A DNA stretch of 64,000 bases, taken from assembly GCA_038207335.1 (NCBI GenBank), contig JBBQZX010000026.1, positions 22,217-86,216 of the forward strand, in the 5' to 3' direction. The notes beneath the pieces were generated by a model. The model was given only the letters and a program-made list of their open reading frames with translations. It made no database searches and was not told the DNA's origin. This document shows, piece by piece, positions 10,391-20,483 of this stretch (positions are counted from its first letter, which is position 1; each line of letters opens with the position of its first letter). The stretch comes from Chthoniobacterales bacterium. GTDB taxonomy: Bacteria > Verrucomicrobiota > Verrucomicrobiia > Chthoniobacterales > Chthoniobacteraceae. The translations under genes were made by a program, and so were the position numbers.

Positions 10391-11290
10391 ATGAATATCC
10401 AGACTCGCCGCAGTTTCCTCGGGCTCACTCTCGCCGCGCTGCCGGGTTCCGCGCTGTTATCTTCTGCTAGCCGCCTCCTCGGCGCGGATTCGGCTGCGAA
10501 GCCGGACTCGAAATTTGCCGGAGTGCAGATCGGAATCAATGTGCCCTACAGCTTCGCGAATGCGAAGATGAGCGGAGACGAGATTTTAAAAGATGTCGTG
10601 CAGCTCGGGCTGAGCGGGGTGGAGCTGCGGACGCAGCCGGTGGAGGCGTTTCTGGGAGCGCCGGAGGGGAAGCGCAGTGACTGGCGGAAGTCGATGTCGA
10701 TGGATCGCGTGAAGGAGTTTCGCACGCAATGGGAGACGGCCGGCGTGCTCATCCAGATCGTGAAGGTGGACGGGGTTTTCAAGATGTCGGACGACGAAAT
10801 CGACTACGCTTTCAATCTCGGGAAGGCGCTGGGGGCGCGTGCGCTGTCATCGGAAATCTCGCACACGGAGGCGGAGCTGAAACGGGTGGGGAGTTTTGCG
10901 GACAAACACGAGATGCTGATCGGGTATCACGGACACGGAACGACGAAGCCGGAGGATTGGGAGAAGGCGTTTGCTGTAGCGAAATACAACGGGGCGAATG
11001 TCGATCTCGGGCACTTCGTGGCGGGAAACAACACGTCGCCGGTGCCGTTCCTGAAGAAGTATCACGAGCGGGTGACGCATGTGCATTTGAAGGATCGGAA
11101 GTTCAACAACGGGCCTAATACGCCGTTTGGGGAAGGGGATACGCCGATCGTGGAGGTGCTGCGGCTGATCCGGGATGAGAAGTGGCCGATTCAGGGGACG
11201 ATCGAGTTTGAATACAAGGTGCCACCGGGCTCGGACCGGATGAAGGAGATCGCGCGGGCGATCAATTACTGCCGCGAAGCACTGGTGTAA
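10391..11290 (+). CDS. Tat-exported sugar phosphate isomerase/epimerase (xylose isomerase-like TIM barrel)
   Basis: TRRSFL twin-arginine signal; YHGH, DLGHF, HVHLKDR, IEFEY. Confidence 0.85.
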   Translation: MNIQTRRSFLGLTLAALPGSALLSSASRLLGADSAAKPDSKFAGVQIGINVPYSFANAKMSGDEILKDVVQLGLSGVELRTQPVEAFLGAPEGKRSDWRKSMSMDRVKEFRTQWETAGVLIQIVKVDGVFKMSDDEIDYAFNLGKALGARALSSEISHTEAELKRVGSFADKHEMLIGYHGHGTTKPEDWEKAFAVAKYNGANVDLGHFVAGNNTSPVPFLKKYHERVTHVHLKDRKFNNGPNTPFGEGDTPIVEVLRLIRDEKWPIQGTIEFEYKVPPGSDRMKEIARAINYCREALV

Positions 11291-11380
11291 TTTTCGCCGC
11301 GGGCTGGAGGCTCTCGCGGCAGATGAGCGTTTTGAGCGCGTTCGCGCCAAAGCGAATCGATCGCGGTGCTGCAGATTTTT

Positions 11381-11406
11381 TGTAACCTCGTCTGCGCCGC
11401 TCGTCA
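11381..11406 (+). promoter_or_regulatory. Putative ECF sigma promoter upstream of the kinase-ECF operon
   Basis: TGTAAC (11381-11386), 15 nt, CGTCA (11402-11406), shortly before ATG 11419; matches the generic ECF AAC/CGT pattern. Confidence 0.45.
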
Positions 11407-11418
11407 GGAAGCGGGTGT

Positions 11419-14229
11419 ATGCAAAACTCTCCCGAAATTTGTCCGCACTGCCGCGCGCCGATTCCCGCCGATGCGCCGGGCGGCTTGTGCCCGTCATGTG
11501 TGCTGTTCGCCGCGGCGCAAACTGGCGATGCAGGCCCAGCCGGCACTGCTCCGACGCTGGAGGAAATCAGCGCGGCCTTTCCTGAACTTGAGATCCGCGA
11601 ACTGCTAGGGCTCGGCGGCATGGGCGTCGTGTTTCAGGCACGCCAGCCGCGACTCGAGCGGCTCGTCGCGCTGAAGATTCTGCCGCCGACGCTCGCGCTA
11701 CAGCCGGGCTTTGCCGAGCGCTTCACGCGTGAGGCGCGGGCGCTGGCGCGGCTTAATCATCCGCACATCGTAGCGGTGTACGATTTCGGAGAACGTGCCG
11801 GTTTTTACTACCTGTTGATGGAGTATGTGAACGGCGTGAATCTGCGGCAGGCGATGCGCGTGGGCGTGACGCCGGAGCAGGCATTGTTGCTCGTGCCGCG
11901 CATCTGCGAGGCGCTGCAATTTGCGCACGACCACGGTGTGTTGCATCGCGATATCAAGCCGGAAAATATCCTGCTCAGCACCAATGGCGTGCCGAAGCTC
12001 GCCGATTTCGGCATCGCGAAAATCGCCGGCGAAGTGGCTGGCGTCACCGGGCTCACGGCCAGCGGCGCGCAGCTCGGTACGGCGGCTTACATGGCTCCCG
12101 AACAGATCGAACATCCCTCGACGGTCGATCACCGCGCGGACATCTACAGCCTCGGCGTGGTGCTTTACGAAATGCTGACGGGAGAACTCCCGCTCGGTCG
12201 ATTTGCGGCGCCTTCGGCAAGATCGGCAGTCGGACCAGACGTGGACGACGTGGTCCTGCGCGCGCTGGAAAAAGAGCGCGAGCTCCGCCAGCAAAGCGCC
12301 ACGGAGATGAAGACCGAGGTCGAGCACGCGAGCGCGGACGAAAAGAAGCGCACGCCCGCGTTGCCCTTGATGCAGTTGCCGTCGAGAGACCTCCCGTGGT
12401 CGCGTGCAGCGATGTGGGGCGCAGCGCTCGTCGCGGCCAGCATCCCCGTTGGCGGCATCATCGGCGCGATCGTTCGCAGCATCGTGAATCCATCCATCGA
12501 CAGCGGGAGCCAGCTCAATGGCCCGATGGCAGGCAACATAATCATCTTCGGCTTCGTCTTCGGGCTCGCTGGCACGATTCTCGGCTGGAAGGCCGTGAGT
12601 GATGTGCGCTATCACCGCGGCCAACTTCGCGGCGGCGGCACGGCAGTTTTTGCGTCGCTCGCGCTGCCGGTGCTCGCGTTGCTAGTGACGGTCTTCGCAA
12701 ATTTCACCGACATCCAGAAGGCGATCAGTCCCGGCGAGGATCGTCTGGCCGGCACCATCGTCGCCATCCTGGCCGTCATTGCTGCTTTGATCGCCTCCAT
12801 TTTCGCCGTGAAGGCCTTGTGGAGTTCCGTCCACGGCGGCCCGATAGGCGGGCCGCTGCGGCGGGACTTTGGATTGCGAGGAGAGGACGTTAGCGCCTCG
12901 CAAGTCGGGCATTTTCCCAGCACTTCCCCGGCCGCCGGGAACATCTGGTCGCACCGGCTGCTCTTCCTGATCATCGGGCTGGTGGCGCTGCCATTCGTCG
13001 CCATCATGGTGTCATTGATCGCGTGGCGGCTCACTAACTTGAGCAACGAACTCGGTGCAATGCAGAGCCGGATGCTGATGACGGGCTTCGCGCTTCTCCC
13101 CCTCCTCATCGGCGCGACGATCTGGTTTCTCTATCGCCGCACCCGCCCGCGGCCTCCGGCGCCGGGCGAAGCCGCGCTTCTGAGTCCATGGCCGAAGCGC
13201 ATTTTCCTGCTCATCGTGGCACTCGTGGTCGTGCCCGTCGCCTTCATCCTGCTTTGGCTCGTTGTCCCCTATTTTGCAATGCGAGGCGCTCCGATGCCGA
13301 CGACGACCATGCCCGTGGACGCCGCTTCGGTGGACGTGCATTACGGCAAGCCCGATCCCAGCGCCCCGGGCGTGCACAAAGTCACGCTCAATTCCCGCAC
13401 GCCCTACGGATGGGTCACCGATTTTTCCTTTCGCATCCGTGACGAGAAAGGCGAACGCGAGTTGCCCGCTGCAAGCGAGATCGTCGCCCAACCGCAGGCA
13501 TCCCAATCTCGCCATGCAGCGGAGGGAAATGGCGAGGTGGAGTTGGCATACTCCGTCCGCGATATGAAAGACGGGTACTTTCGACTCGACGCCAAAGTGA
13601 GCAGGGGCCACGCCGACCTGGTTTCCAGCGGATTTTCGAGTTCTACTCCTTTCCAGTGGGCGGCAAGTCCGGCGCGAACCGAGGCTTACGGCTTCCAAAT
13701 CGCCGCAACGCCATTGCGAGTCGCCTTCCTCCGCGGGCTGCCCTCCGCAGCCGAAGGTGCGACCAAGCCCGAAGCGGAAATGTTCATCATGGTGAAATCC
13801 CGCCCGATGAACGTCCGCGAGAAGTCCGAAGGTTTCCGGGTATTCAACGGCGAGGATCGCTTTGAAAAACTCATCCCCTTGCGAGTGCGGCAGGACGAAG
13901 CCATCCAGCGCACCGAACAGCAGCTCGATGAAACCCGCGCGCGCATCAAGGCTGGCATTCCGACCACGAAGTCGTTGAAAACCGCGGAAATGGACCTCGC
14001 CATCGCCGAAGCCCGCGGCGACGAAGTGAAGATCGCGGAAACACGAGTGAAATTTGCGACGTTGGAACTCTCCCTCGCGAAAGCGGAGGTAGAAGCAGGT
14101 AAGAAGGCTCCATCCGTGGCGCTCGAAGCGGAACAGGTGCTCAACGCCGCGCGTCTGCAACTTGAGCAAGCACGCAAAAAATTCCGCGTAGCAGATGACG
14201 CTGCTTTGGAAAGGCCGACCGCCAGATGA
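11419..14229 (+). CDS. Membrane-bound Hanks-type Ser/Thr protein kinase
   Basis: N-terminal CPHC...CPSC, GLGGMGVV, VALK, HRDIKPEN, DFG, YMAPE; several TM helices; C-terminal coiled-coil region. Confidence 0.95.
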   Translation: MQNSPEICPHCRAPIPADAPGGLCPSCVLFAAAQTGDAGPAGTAPTLEEISAAFPELEIRELLGLGGMGVVFQARQPRLERLVALKILPPTLALQPGFAERFTREARALARLNHPHIVAVYDFGERAGFYYLLMEYVNGVNLRQAMRVGVTPEQALLLVPRICEALQFAHDHGVLHRDIKPENILLSTNGVPKLADFGIAKIAGEVAGVTGLTASGAQLGTAAYMAPEQIEHPSTVDHRADIYSLGVVLYEMLTGELPLGRFAAPSARSAVGPDVDDVVLRALEKERELRQQSATEMKTEVEHASADEKKRTPALPLMQLPSRDLPWSRAAMWGAALVAASIPVGGIIGAIVRSIVNPSIDSGSQLNGPMAGNIIIFGFVFGLAGTILGWKAVSDVRYHRGQLRGGGTAVFASLALPVLALLVTVFANFTDIQKAISPGEDRLAGTIVAILAVIAALIASIFAVKALWSSVHGGPIGGPLRRDFGLRGEDVSASQVGHFPSTSPAAGNIWSHRLLFLIIGLVALPFVAIMVSLIAWRLTNLSNELGAMQSRMLMTGFALLPLLIGATIWFLYRRTRPRPPAPGEAALLSPWPKRIFLLIVALVVVPVAFILLWLVVPYFAMRGAPMPTTTMPVDAASVDVHYGKPDPSAPGVHKVTLNSRTPYGWVTDFSFRIRDEKGERELPAASEIVAQPQASQSRHAAEGNGEVELAYSVRDMKDGYFRLDAKVSRGHADLVSSGFSSSTPFQWAASPARTEAYGFQIAATPLRVAFLRGLPSAAEGATKPEAEMFIMVKSRPMNVREKSEGFRVFNGEDRFEKLIPLRVRQDEAIQRTEQQLDETRARIKAGIPTTKSLKTAEMDLAIAEARGDEVKIAETRVKFATLELSLAKAEVEAGKKAPSVALEAEQVLNAARLQLEQARKKFRVADDAALERPTAR

Positions 14230-14972
14230 ATCCGAGCGCACGCACGTCCGCCTTTGCCGTCACGCGCTGGACCCTCGTTGCGCAGGCGAAGGGCGATGAC
14301 GCGGGCGCACGGAACGCACTTAGCGAACTGTGCGCTGCGTATTACGAACCCGTTGTCGCTTTTCTCCGCGCCGAGGGCCGCTCGGACGATGTCGCGCGCG
14401 ATCTCGCGCACGGTTTTTTTGCCCGCGTGCTCGCGGGAAAATCGCTCGCTGGTGCGGACTCGGCGCGCGGGCGATTTCGCAGCTACCTACTCGGAGCGGT
14501 GAAACATTTTCTCGGAAACGAGCGTGCATCTGCCGCGGCGGAGAAGCGCGGAGGCGGCGCGGAACCTGTTCCACTCGAGCGCGACGAGTCGGAGGAAAAC
14601 GACGGAAGCGTCGAAATCCCAGCGCCGCCGGGCGTGCGCGCGGATGAGGCATTCGAGCGCCAGTGGGCGTTGACGATCATCGCACGCGCTCTCGAAATCG
14701 TCGGAGATGAGATGCGCGCGGCGGGGAAGAGGGCGCATTTCGACACGCTCAAGCCGTGGCTCGTCGGCTCAGGCGCCGATACGCCTGCGCTTTCGCAATT
14801 GACCGTTGCGCAAGCACTGGGGCTGAGCGAGGGCGCGGTGAAGGTCGCGATACACCGTCTTCGCCAGCGTTTTCGCGCAGCGGTGAAATCCGAGATCGCG
14901 CAGACCGTCCCCGCGGATGCGGATGTGGACGACGAACTGAATCATCTCGTCGCGGTGCTCGTTCGCGGGTAG
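14226..14972 (+). CDS. ECF sigma-70 factor of the kinase-associated type
   Basis: N-terminal FAVTRW, RGRFRSYLL (region 2), LGLSEGAVKVAIHRLRQR (region 4); ATGA overlap with the kinase. Confidence 0.9.
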   Translation: MNPSARTSAFAVTRWTLVAQAKGDDAGARNALSELCAAYYEPVVAFLRAEGRSDDVARDLAHGFFARVLAGKSLAGADSARGRFRSYLLGAVKHFLGNERASAAAEKRGGGAEPVPLERDESEENDGSVEIPAPPGVRADEAFERQWALTIIARALEIVGDEMRAAGKRAHFDTLKPWLVGSGADTPALSQLTVAQALGLSEGAVKVAIHRLRQRFRAAVKSEIAQTVPADADVDDELNHLVAVLVRG

Positions 14973-15061
14973 CGATAACGAAGATCGTCGGCTAACGGTT
15001 GCACGATACAACACGACCGATCATGCCAATGATCCACGCAGATCGGTCGCACGGTATATTG

Positions 15062-15442
15062 CTACTTCCCCTTCACGATCGTCGGCACGAAATCCACGAC
15101 GATCGCGCTGTCGAGAATCGGGCCGAGCAGCGCAACGAATGCCTTGTGCGCCGGGTGCACTAGATACGCATCGCGGTCGGCGGCGTTCTTGAAGGTCGCG
15201 ATCCAGCAATGCGTGTAGCCCTCGTCGTGGCCTTCAGTGCTCACGTTTGTGCCATATTCCAGCGACTCGACGACCGGGATCTTCCCGCCAAGCGCGGCGA
15301 ATTCATCGACGATCTGTTTCACCTGCTCCGCCGTGGCGTCGGCTTTGAATTTGAAATGAACGACGTGTCGGATGGGACCGTCGGCGGCGAGAGCTGAGGC
15401 TGATATCATGGCGATGGCGGCGAGGAGGGTGAGGAATTTCAT
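15062..15442 (-). CDS. Dabb family (stress-responsive A/B barrel) protein with signal peptide
   Basis: IRHVVHFKFK, GYTH, RDAYLVHPAH, VVDF; start at MKFLTLL. Confidence 0.9.
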   Translation of the reverse strand: MKFLTLLAAIAMISASALAADGPIRHVVHFKFKADATAEQVKQIVDEFAALGGKIPVVESLEYGTNVSTEGHDEGYTHCWIATFKNAADRDAYLVHPAHKAFVALLGPILDSAIVVDFVPTIVKGK

Positions 15443-15500
15443 GGAGCAGGTGTTGCGGGAAGCCGTTCCGCTGGCAAGGCATTCCGCGATACTCCGAAAC

Positions 15501-15535
15501 TTCGATGTTCGTCGTTCGCCATTCGATGCTCGATG
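15501..15535 (+). repeat. Five imperfect tandem heptamers (TTCGATG consensus)
   Basis: TTCGATG TTCGTCG TTCGCCA TTCGATG CTCGATG; the last unit supplies the ATG at 15533. Confidence 0.7.
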
Positions 15536-16570
15536 CTTCCACACGTGCAACATCTCACCGCCATCCCCGCTACTGACCCGCTCGAAATCTACCGCGCCCG
15601 CGACGGCATTTATGGCGTCGATCTCCTCGCCGCCGGTATCGCGCATCTCGATTTTTTCACATGGCTCGCCGATCACCCAGCGACGCTCGGTTCGCTGTGC
15701 GCGCATTTTGAAATCAAAGTTCGCCCCGCGGACGTGATGCTCACGCTCTTCACCGCGATGGGTCTGGTGACACAGGCGGGCGGCTGCTTTCACCTCACGC
15801 TCCGCGCACGCGAGCATCTCGTCGCCGGCTCGCAGTGGTATCTCGCGCCCTACTACGCCGCGTTGAAAGACCGTCCGCAAACGCTCGACATGCTGCGCGT
15901 CCTGCGCACCGGCAAGCCCGCGAACTGGGGCAGCTACGACGCAGACGCATGGGCGCAGGCGATGGAAAAACCCGAGTTCGCGGCGCAGTTCACCGCCGCG
16001 ATGGACTGCCGCGGCGTCTACCTCGGACAGGCGCTCGCGAAAAAGGTGGACCTCTCGGAGAGCCGTGCGCTGCTCGATATCGCGGGCGGCTCAGGCATCT
16101 ACGCGTGCTCACTCGCCGCGCATTTTCCCGAGTTGCGCGCTACCGTTTTCGAGAAGCGGCCTGTCGATCGCATCGCCCGCGAAGCCATTGCGAGACAGGG
16201 TTGCAGCGAGCGCGTCGATGTGGTCGCGGGCGACATGTTCGCGTGCGAGCTGCCCGGCGGCTTCGACACGCATCTCATCTCGAATGTCCTTCACGATTGG
16301 GACGAGCCGGTGGTCCGCGACCTCCTCGCGAAATCTCACCGCGCACTCGGGCCAGGCGGTTTGCTCGTCGTCCACGACTGCCACATCAACAAAGAAAAGA
16401 CTGGCCCGCTACCGGTCGCGAACTACTCCGCGCTGCTGATGCACTCGACTGAGGGCAAATGCTATTCGCTCGGTGAAATGGCCACGTATCTCAACGACGC
16501 CGGATTCGAGTGGATCAAATTCGAACCGACTGCTGCCGACCGTAGCTTCATTCTTTCGAGGAAAATCTGA
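15533..16570 (+). CDS. Class I SAM-dependent O-methyltransferase (Methyltransf_2 with dimerisation domain)
   Basis: LLDIAGGSG, AGDMF, SNVLHDW, LGPGGLLVVHD. Confidence 0.9.
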   Translation: MLPHVQHLTAIPATDPLEIYRARDGIYGVDLLAAGIAHLDFFTWLADHPATLGSLCAHFEIKVRPADVMLTLFTAMGLVTQAGGCFHLTLRAREHLVAGSQWYLAPYYAALKDRPQTLDMLRVLRTGKPANWGSYDADAWAQAMEKPEFAAQFTAAMDCRGVYLGQALAKKVDLSESRALLDIAGGSGIYACSLAAHFPELRATVFEKRPVDRIAREAIARQGCSERVDVVAGDMFACELPGGFDTHLISNVLHDWDEPVVRDLLAKSHRALGPGGLLVVHDCHINKEKTGPLPVANYSALLMHSTEGKCYSLGEMATYLNDAGFEWIKFEPTAADRSFILSRKI

Positions 16571-16632
16571 GACGCGCCCGGCTCTTGATCTTCCATCCAA
16601 GCCGAATGACTCTCCCGCTACTGATCCACCGT

Positions 16633-17928
16633 ATGAAACGCGTTTTCGTCTCGTTTGCCGTTCTCCTTGCCATCTCCTCCACCACACTCGCGGCGATCAA
16701 GTCGGAGGCTCCCGACTACTTCGCCCGCGCTCAGGACGCGATCTCGCGTCGCGACTTCGATTCTGCCCTGAACGCGCTCGATTCCGCTTTGAAAGAAGCG
16801 CCGGACAACGCCACGGCGCGGCTCTGGCGCGGGCGTTTGCGCGCGGATCGCGGCGCATTCGATCGCGCGCTGGAGGACTTGGACGAGGCTGTGCGACTCG
16901 CTCCGCAAAGCGCGGAAGCGATCGCTGCACGCGGATTCGTGAAGCAAAAAAAAGGGGACGCCGACGGCGCGCTCGCCGACTTCGACAGCGCGCTGCGAAT
17001 CGATCCCGCGAACGATCTAGCGCTCTACTGCCGCGGCCTGCTGCACGGTGGTGCGGGGCAGTTGCAGGCCGCGCTTGGTGATCTCAATGCCGCGCTCGCC
17101 GCGAATCCGCGTAACTCTGCGGCGCTTGCGTCACGCGGCCAAATCCACCTCATGCGCCAGGAGATCGACGAAGCGACTGCGGACTTTGAGGCGTGTCTCG
17201 AAATCGATCCGAAGGATCCCGCCGGATTCACCGGCCGCGCTGCGGCGGAATTTGCAAACGGCGACTACGAAAAAGCAGCCACCGACTACACGGAGGTCAT
17301 CCGGTTGCTGCCCCAGGATTCGCGTCCCCTTGCGCAGCGCGGCTACGCGCGAGCGGCTCTAGAGCAGACCGACAAAGCGCTCGAAGACTTCGACGCCGCC
17401 TTGAAACTCGACCCGAAAGACACCGCCGCGCTGATCGGGCGCGCCGGGATTCGTCGCGTACAGAAAAAGCTCCCCGAGGCGGTCGCGGATTACACCACGA
17501 TCCTCGCCAGCGACGCCCGCGACCTGGGCGCTCTCATGGGCCGCGCCTCCGCGTTCTATGTGATGGGCGAACTCAAAAAAGCGACCGACGACTATGCCGT
17601 CGCTATCAAGTCCCGCCCGGACTTTCCGCAGGCATGGAACGACTACGCATGGCTCCTCGCCACGGCGAAAGACGACGCCGCGCGCGATGGGAAAACCGCC
17701 GTCGAATACGCGACAAAAGCCTGCGAGCTGACCGACTGGAAAAACGGCGCATATCTCGACACGCTGGCCGCCGCAAACGCCGAGAAGGGCGACTTTGAAG
17801 CCGCGCTAAAGTGGCAAAACGAAGCCGTATCCGCCTCCGGCACCGAGCTCGAAGAAGTGCAGGCGGAAATCAAAAGCCGCATCGAACTTTACCAACAGAA
17901 AAAGCCCTACCGCGAAGAGCCGAAGTAG
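16633..17928 (+). CDS. Secreted TPR-repeat protein
   Basis: Signal peptide, multiple 34-aa TPR repeats, C-terminal NDYAWLLAT...LDTLAAA motif. Confidence 0.9.
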   Translation: MKRVFVSFAVLLAISSTTLAAIKSEAPDYFARAQDAISRRDFDSALNALDSALKEAPDNATARLWRGRLRADRGAFDRALEDLDEAVRLAPQSAEAIAARGFVKQKKGDADGALADFDSALRIDPANDLALYCRGLLHGGAGQLQAALGDLNAALAANPRNSAALASRGQIHLMRQEIDEATADFEACLEIDPKDPAGFTGRAAAEFANGDYEKAATDYTEVIRLLPQDSRPLAQRGYARAALEQTDKALEDFDAALKLDPKDTAALIGRAGIRRVQKKLPEAVADYTTILASDARDLGALMGRASAFYVMGELKKATDDYAVAIKSRPDFPQAWNDYAWLLATAKDDAARDGKTAVEYATKACELTDWKNGAYLDTLAAANAEKGDFEAALKWQNEAVSASGTELEEVQAEIKSRIELYQQKKPYREEPK

Positions 17929-17960
17929 CACCGGGTGGCGCACTCGGGACGCATCCTTTC

Positions 17961-18422
17961 CTAAAGAGGTAACCTTTGTGCCTGACGGCAGCCCATCGTG
18001 AGCAACACGTTGGCCCAGAGGGATTGGTCGCCGGTTTGGATTGTGAGGACGTGATCGGGGGACTCGACGAATTTGTAGAAGTCCCATTTCAGGATCGGCT
18101 CGAGCGCGAGTGTGACGCCCGCTTCGCTGAGGACGGTGCGGTATTCGTTCCAGACTGGCGGCTCTCCCGCGGCTGCGTAGGAGTCATCGGGCGGGATGCC
18201 CATCGTGTTCACACGGTCGATCGGAACGGCGCTCAGAATCGCGCGGAGGACTTGCGCGCAGGTCACCAAGCCGGGTGAAAGATTGAGGCAGACGACCTCG
18301 GAATTCGGTCCGCGCTTTGTGGACGCGGGGTAATTTCCATCGGCGATGAGGATCGCGGAATGATGCCCGGCGCGGCCGAGCACGTCGTTGATTTTCGGAT
18401 GAATGAGCTGGTGCTTGAGCAT
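17961..18422 (-). CDS. RbsD/FucU family pyranase/mutarotase
   Basis: MLK..LIHP, GHH.AILIADGNYP, FY, IQTGD...WANVLLTMG. Confidence 0.9.
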   Translation of the reverse strand: MLKHQLIHPKINDVLGRAGHHSAILIADGNYPASTKRGPNSEVVCLNLSPGLVTCAQVLRAILSAVPIDRVNTMGIPPDDSYAAAGEPPVWNEYRTVLSEAGVTLALEPILKWDFYKFVESPDHVLTIQTGDQSLWANVLLTMGCRQAQRLPL

Positions 18423-18424
18423 GG

Positions 18425-19231
18425 TCAGTGGCCGCGAACGTAGTGTGCAAAAGCTTTCGCGGTCTGCGCGGCGGCGGCGTGAGAGTCGGGAAGAGGAAGA
18501 ATTTCGGCGGAAAGGTAACCGTCGTAACCGATGTCGTGGAGCGCTTGCATGATCGGCGCGACATCGGTGTGGCCGAACCCGATCGCTCGACGGTTGCTGT
18601 CGGCAAAATGCACATGTCCGATGCGTTTCGCGGCGACTCGGAATGCGTCCGGAATTGACGATTCCTCGATGTTCATGTGAAAGAGGTCGGCGAGCAGTTT
18701 GACGTTCGGAATGCCTGACTCGTCGAGGAACGCAGCCGCGTCTGCGACGCGATTAAAGAGGTTCGTTTCGTAGCGGTTGAGAGGCTCGAAGAGCAGGGTC
18801 GTGGTGCTGGCAGCGAGATCGGTGAGTGCGCAGCGAAGCCAGTCCATCGCTTGATCGCGGGACACCTCCGGTTCCACGCGGCCCTGCATCGAGCCGATGA
18901 TCGCTGGGGCATGGAACTGCGCCGCAATCTCGATGATCGAGCGGATGAAATCGCGAGCCTGCGTACGGATCGCCGCGTCGGGATGGCAAAGGTGCCACTT
19001 GTTCACGACCCAGCCGCCGCCTGTACCGATGGCCGCGACGGCAAGCCGATACCGCTCGCACAGCGCGCGGATTTCATCGACCGGAATCGCGGAGGCGGAG
19101 GCGGGGAAAATCTCGACGGCATCGAAGCCGAGCGCGGCGGCTTGCGCGAACGCATCGGCAAGTCCGTCCCAAAAAACGAACGGTCCGCCTTTCGCCTGCG
19201 GCACGAGCGAAACCGTGATCGCCGACTTCAT
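18425..19231 (-). CDS. Sugar phosphate isomerase/epimerase (D-tagatose 3-epimerase/IolO-like)
   Basis: FEPLNRYETN, DLFHMNIEE, HVHFADSNR, GFGHTD; start at MKSAITVS. Confidence 0.88.
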   Translation of the reverse strand: MKSAITVSLVPQAKGGPFVFWDGLADAFAQAAALGFDAVEIFPASASAIPVDEIRALCERYRLAVAAIGTGGGWVVNKWHLCHPDAAIRTQARDFIRSIIEIAAQFHAPAIIGSMQGRVEPEVSRDQAMDWLRCALTDLAASTTTLLFEPLNRYETNLFNRVADAAAFLDESGIPNVKLLADLFHMNIEESSIPDAFRVAAKRIGHVHFADSNRRAIGFGHTDVAPIMQALHDIGYDGYLSAEILPLPDSHAAAAQTAKAFAHYVRGH

Positions 19232-20481
19232 TCGCCGATGAAAAGCGGCCGTAAGTGGCGTTGGTACAAGTTCTCCGTGACATTGCGCGCGACGACTTCC
19301 TCGTTGGCCTTCAGCAGATCGAGGTAACGCGCGCCTGCCTTCGCCGCGAGTTTGAAGGAAACGTGGAGCAGTTGCCGGAAGCTGGCGTTGAAGAGCGGAT
19401 GCTGCTGATCGTGTCGGAGCGCGCCGGTGTATTGCTCGCTCGTCCAGCCGGCGACTTCGTCCGCGGTCGGGAGTCTTGCGCGGTTGATGTCGATCACGGA
19501 CGCGTACGGCGCGGTTAGCTCGTCCACATGCTCGATCGCGTAGGCGTAGATTTCTTTCGCGAAACCGAGCGCGTCGCCGCCGGCTTCGGCCAGACCGATG
19601 AGCTCTTCGAGCCATGTCGTTCCGGCGGTTTTGAGATGCAGCCCGGCGTCGAAATCCGAGAGCGCGTGGCGGATGATCGGGTAGAGCGAAAACTTGTCGC
19701 TGCCGGAGTGGACACTGAGTTTCAGCGTCGCGGGCAGGCCGTATTTTTCGATGGCAAATGCGATGACCGCGAGGTCGTCATGGAACTCTTTTTCGAACTG
19801 CGCGAGGTCGCCGACGTAGTCTACGCCTTTGTTGAATCGACCCGTGAATTTCGGCGCGATGGTCTGCGCCGGGATGCCTTCGTCGGCGATCGCGGCGAGG
19901 ATCACCAGCAGCTCCGGCGGCGTCTGAGGTGAGTCGGTTTCATCCATTGAAACCTCGGCAATCATCGCGTCCACGCCTTTCTGCTCGACGACGTGGCGGT
20001 AGATTTTTCCCGCGTCCTGGACGGCGAGGAGGAACTTCTCCGCGATGCGCTGCACCTCCTGGCGCGTCGTGTGAAAAGGCGTAGCAATTTTCGGAATCTC
20101 AATCGTCCCGATCAGCTCGGGATGCCGATCCACAAAGGCTTTCACGGCTTCCGCACTCGCGGGCTGCCCGATGGAATCGGCGACATCGAGCGTGAAGAAA
20201 TCCGAATGCGGAATGAAGCGATCGACGGTCTCCAGTCGGATATGGTCGGCATCGACGTGCCATCCTTTTTCCCAGTCGAGCGCCTCCACCGCAACCCGCG
20301 CGGCGACGAGCACGGATGCCGGCTCGGACCCGATGAACGTGTGCTCGCGATTCGATTTATTCCAGACGGGCACCACCTCGACGCCGTCTTTCGAGAGAAG
20401 CTGGCACGCGCGAAGTTGGGCTTTCGCCTGATGAGCAAAACGGTCGCCGACGCCAATCGAGAATTTTTCGAGCGCCAGCAT
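19228..20481 (-). CDS. uxaE: Tagaturonate/fructuronate epimerase UxaE family
   Basis: SIGVGDRF, VDADHI, EVSMDET, APKFTGRFNKGVDY, LSVHSGSDKF, HLKTAGTTWLE. Confidence 0.88.
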   Translation of the reverse strand: MLALEKFSIGVGDRFAHQAKAQLRACQLLSKDGVEVVPVWNKSNREHTFIGSEPASVLVAARVAVEALDWEKGWHVDADHIRLETVDRFIPHSDFFTLDVADSIGQPASAEAVKAFVDRHPELIGTIEIPKIATPFHTTRQEVQRIAEKFLLAVQDAGKIYRHVVEQKGVDAMIAEVSMDETDSPQTPPELLVILAAIADEGIPAQTIAPKFTGRFNKGVDYVGDLAQFEKEFHDDLAVIAFAIEKYGLPATLKLSVHSGSDKFSLYPIIRHALSDFDAGLHLKTAGTTWLEELIGLAEAGGDALGFAKEIYAYAIEHVDELTAPYASVIDINRARLPTADEVAGWTSEQYTGALRHDQQHPLFNASFRQLLHVSFKLAAKAGARYLDLLKANEEVVARNVTENLYQRHLRPLFIGE

Positions 20482-20483
20482 TT

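Noticed and set aside
15014..15049. 9-bp inverted repeat CGACCGATC/GATCGGTCG
   Set aside because: Sits between convergent genes; probably a plain terminator-like hairpin, and without a U-tract it cannot be called confidently.
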